Below are positions 60,545 to 64,000 of a stretch of 64,000 nucleotides of DNA, in pieces (within the stretch, counting starts at the first letter, position 1; each line of letters starts with the position of its first letter). Both the position numbers and the translations under genes were made by a program. This DNA is from Ranitomeya imitator. Its lineage: Eukaryota. Where the stretch lies: positions 64,294,001 to 64,358,000 of the forward strand of contig NC_091287.1 of assembly GCF_032444005.1 (NCBI RefSeq). Reading direction: 5' to 3'. The notes beneath the pieces were generated by a model, which was given only the letters and a program-made list of their open reading frames with translations, was not told the DNA's origin and made no database searches.

Positions 60545-63230
60545 GTCAATTACTACATTGCCATCATACCAAAGGAGGGGAAGGATGACAGCCTGTGTAG
60601 CAATTATCGCCCTATATCATTGCTCAACACCGACTTGAAACTGTGGGCTAAGGTGTTGGCTTCAAGGATCAATGGTGTCTTGGGTAGAATCATTCGCCCT
60701 GACCAGGTGGGCTTCGTGAAGGGCCGTGAAGGCAAAGACAACTCCACTAAAATTCTCCATGCCATTTCTTATGCAAAGAAGACTAAGACTCCATTAACCA
60801 TTCTGTCAACTGATGCTGAGAAAGCATTTGACAGAATTAGTTGGCGATATATGGTCTGCACATTATAAAAATTTGCCTTCCCATCAGCTTTTATAGACGC
60901 TGTAATGTCCCTTTACGTGGATCCATCTGCTAAAGTTGGGGTGAATGGTATTTTTTCCGAACCTTTTAACATAACCAACGGCACCAGGCAGGGCTGTCCT
61001 CTCTCACCCACCCTATTTATCATGGTCGTGGAAACCCTGATGGAAAAGATAAGACAGGACAATGAGATTAAGGGCCTAAAGGCCCCTTCACATTAAGCGA
61101 CGCTGCAGCGATACCGACAACGATCCGGATCGCTGCAGCGTCGCTGTTTGGTCGCTGGAGAGCTGTCACACAGACCGCTCTCCAGCGACCAACGATGCCT
61201 GTAACCAGGGTAAACATCGGGTAACTAAGCGCAGGGCCGCGCGTAGTAACCCGATGTTTACCCTGGTTACCTTCCTAAAAGTAAAAAAAACAAACAGTAC
61301 ATACTTACCTACCGCTGTCTGTCCTCCAGCGCTGTGCTCTGCACTCCTCCTGTACTGTCTGTGTGAGCACAGCGGCCGGAAAGCAGAGCGGTGACGTCAC
61401 CGCTCTGCTTTCCGGCTGACCGACGCTCACAGCCAGTACAGGAGGAGTGCAGAGCACAGCGCCGGGGACAGACAGCATTAGGTAAGTATGTAGTGTTTGT
61501 TTTTTTTACTTTTAGGATGGTAACCAGGGTAAACATCGGGTTACTAAGCGCGGCCCTGCGCTTAGTTACCCGATGTTTACCCTGGTTACCAGTGAAGACA
61601 TCGCTGGATCGGTGTCACACACGCCGATCCAGCGATGTCCACGGGAGATCCAGCGACGAAATAAAGTTCTGGACTTTCTTCAGCGACCAACGATCTCCCA
61701 GCAGGGGCCTGATCGTTGGTCGCTGTCACACATAACGATTTTATTAACGATATCGTTGCTACGTCACAAAAAGCATCGATATCGTTAAACAATATCGTTA
61801 TGTGTGAAGGTACCTTTAGGATGGGCAAGTTAGAGGTCAAAGTAGCTGCTTTTGCCGACGACCTTTTAATCTTGACCTCCAACCCCAAAACATCTTTTCC
61901 GAAGTTAATGTCTCTGTTTGCTGATTTTGGCGAGATCTCCAACTTCAAAATAAACGCGAATAAATCTGAAGCGCTAAATGTCTCGGCAAGGATTTCAGAC
62001 ACCCCCTTTAATTGGCCCACAGAAAAACTAAAATATCTTGGAATTTATTTAACGGCCGATCCCTCCTCCCTCTACAAATGCAATTACACTCCCCTCTTGA
62101 CACGACTTCAAACAGATCTAAAAAATTACGATCTACCTTACTTATCTTGGAGGGGAAGAATAAATGTTATTAAATCCTATATTTTCACAAAAATATTTTA
62201 TACCATGAACATGGTTCCCATACCCCTTCCCAACTCATTCTTCCATTCAGCTAACCAATTGATTTCTCAATTCGCATGGAAATACAAAAAAGCTAGACTT
62301 CCTTTTAAAATTCTCTCCCTTCCCAGAGGTAAAGGTGGTCTTGGCCTTCCTGATATCAAAACTTATTATAAAGCTATACATCTCGCCAGATGGATGAATC
62401 TGTTAAAACCTAATCCAGAAAATTTCAACACAAACTTAGAACTCGCTCTACTGGGTGATGAGGTTGATCTTTATCTTTGGCTGTCCTTTAATTGCCCACG
62501 TAGAAAATTTGATGAGATCCTACATAACACCTTATCTATAAGACGTTCTCTTATACCAAACCAACTTCCGTATTGTCATTTTCTCGACAATATTCCGATT
62601 AAGATCATCCCATGGTTGGTGGACCCTACATATGAGGATGTCTATGGACTCTGGACATCCCTACCAGACGCTCCAATCTCTCAATTCCTATCAAACCAAG
62701 TGTCTTGCAATGATAATTGGCCGATCAATGCCACAAAACAACCTATTAATTTTCTCCAAAAGTATCACATACACCGCATAATGACGAAATTCAGAACTGA
62801 TGTGGGTCACTCTTCAGAATGGCTCTGGCTCGATCTGCTAGTGAGGCTAAAATCACCAATCACCAGACTGGTTTCTAAATTATATGCGAACCTCCTCAAA
62901 AACCCAACTCAATTTATTTAAAACTTATATCTCTCCTCCTGGGAAACAGAGTTAAAGATAACACTATCCTCCCAAAAAACCCAACAGGTACTTGCCAACT
63001 CTCACGGGTTCTCCAGATGTAGCTTATTACAAGAAAATGCGTTTAAAATTCTCTCTAGGTGGTACCGGACCCCAGAAAGGTTGTTTAGTTTGGGATTAGC
63101 AGACTCCCCGCTATGTTAGAGATGTTCTCGTTCCGTGGGTTCCTTAGCACATATTTTCTGGTTTTGTCTGGAGTTAATGCAATTCTGGTCAGATATAAAC
63201 AAATCTCTTCACAGTATGGACCTAATGGAT
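60545..63230 (+). pseudogene. L1-like LINE ORF2 fragment (RT and C-terminal region), truncated at both ends, interrupted by a MITE
   Basis: NYRPISLLNTDLK, DAEKAFDRI, GTRQGCPLSP, FADD, KYLGI, GGLGLPD, CxxC..HIFWFC; stops at 60866, 62919 and ~63058. Confidence 0.93.
61081..61814. mobile_element. PIF/Harbinger-like MITE, family B, reverse orientation, in L1 RT
   Basis: Reverse complement of 402-1126; removing it restores IKGL-RMGKLEVKVAAFADD. Confidence 0.9.
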
Positions 63231-63634
63231 AGTAGCTGTAAATCATTCAGCTGCGGCGATGAAAACTAAATCTCCGAACACTAACAAATACTCGGAGATC
63301 ACCCGAGCGTGCTTGGGAAAACCCGATAAACGAGTACACTCGCTCATCACTATTGCCTACACCTATAGTCGTGAATTTGTTCCCATGTTGTTGATTTTTT
63401 CTATCAAAAACAGTCATTAAACACATTAGTAATGTTAGTCTGCTGCTATTATTTAGCTCACATCTGTAAGTGAATGCTACAATTGCCTTGTACTGCCTAG
63501 GATTGGGTTGTGTTTTTCCCCACATAGTCCAGTTGGGCAGTAGCAGTCATTTATGTCAATCCCAGCCCTTCTCTGAAAGAGAGAAGATACAGATTAGATA
63601 TTAGAAAAAAAATCAGGCCGCCACGAGAGGTGGT

Positions 63635-63772
63635 GAGTTCTCCTTCAATGGAAGTCTTCAAACAGAGGCTGGACAGAAATGTGTCTGAGATGGTTTAGTG
63701 AATCCTGCATTGATTTGGGGGTTGGACACGATGACCTTGGAGGTCCCTTCCAACTCTGACATTCTATGATTC
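63635..63772 (+). mobile_element. CR1 LINE 3' end
   Basis: gaagtcttcaaacagaggctggac...gatgaccttggaggtcccttccaactct...attctatgattc. Confidence 0.85.
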
Positions 63773-64000
63773 CACACACTCTGACACTAATTGATAATGA
63801 GCGCATCCAACTAAGAATCATATTCACAAAATAAATGGTAAATCCCAATACATTTGTCAATTTATTATTATATTTCTAGAAGGATTAATAGAAAAACAGT
63901 ATAAAAAAAGTAAAAATAAAATAAGTAATGCGGCATCAGATGGAGAGTGTTAAGAGCGACTGGATCCCGCAGAGAGGATAAAATTCTCCTTTTTTTTTTT

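Overview
A 64-kb window of repeat-dense vertebrate genomic DNA, most likely from a frog (inferred from the transposon repertoire), with one assembly gap (5470-6137). Most of the window is transposon-derived. The main elements are: a full-length but defective Tf1/sushi-type chromoviral Gypsy element (34654-40348) with a visible self-priming PBS; an internally deleted DIRS1-type retrotransposon on the minus strand (46355-54831); two near-identical 3.8 and 4.6 kb TTAA-flanked piggyBac-like non-autonomous elements in inverted orientation (19755-23514 and 49686-54242), each carrying a telomere-like tract and ~390-bp tandem repeats; a truncated L1 ORF2 (60545-63230); Tc1 remnants; solo LTRs; non-autonomous Helitrons; SINE, L2 and CR1 tails; many PIF/Harbinger-like MITEs; and three short Penelope-like insertions with hammerhead-like motifs. 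A CpG-island promoter at ~25.0-25.7 kb and a few candidate exons suggest an unidentified host gene running leftward on the minus strand. No prokaryote-type systems (CRISPR, operons) are present. Most short ORFs in the track are artefacts of repeats.
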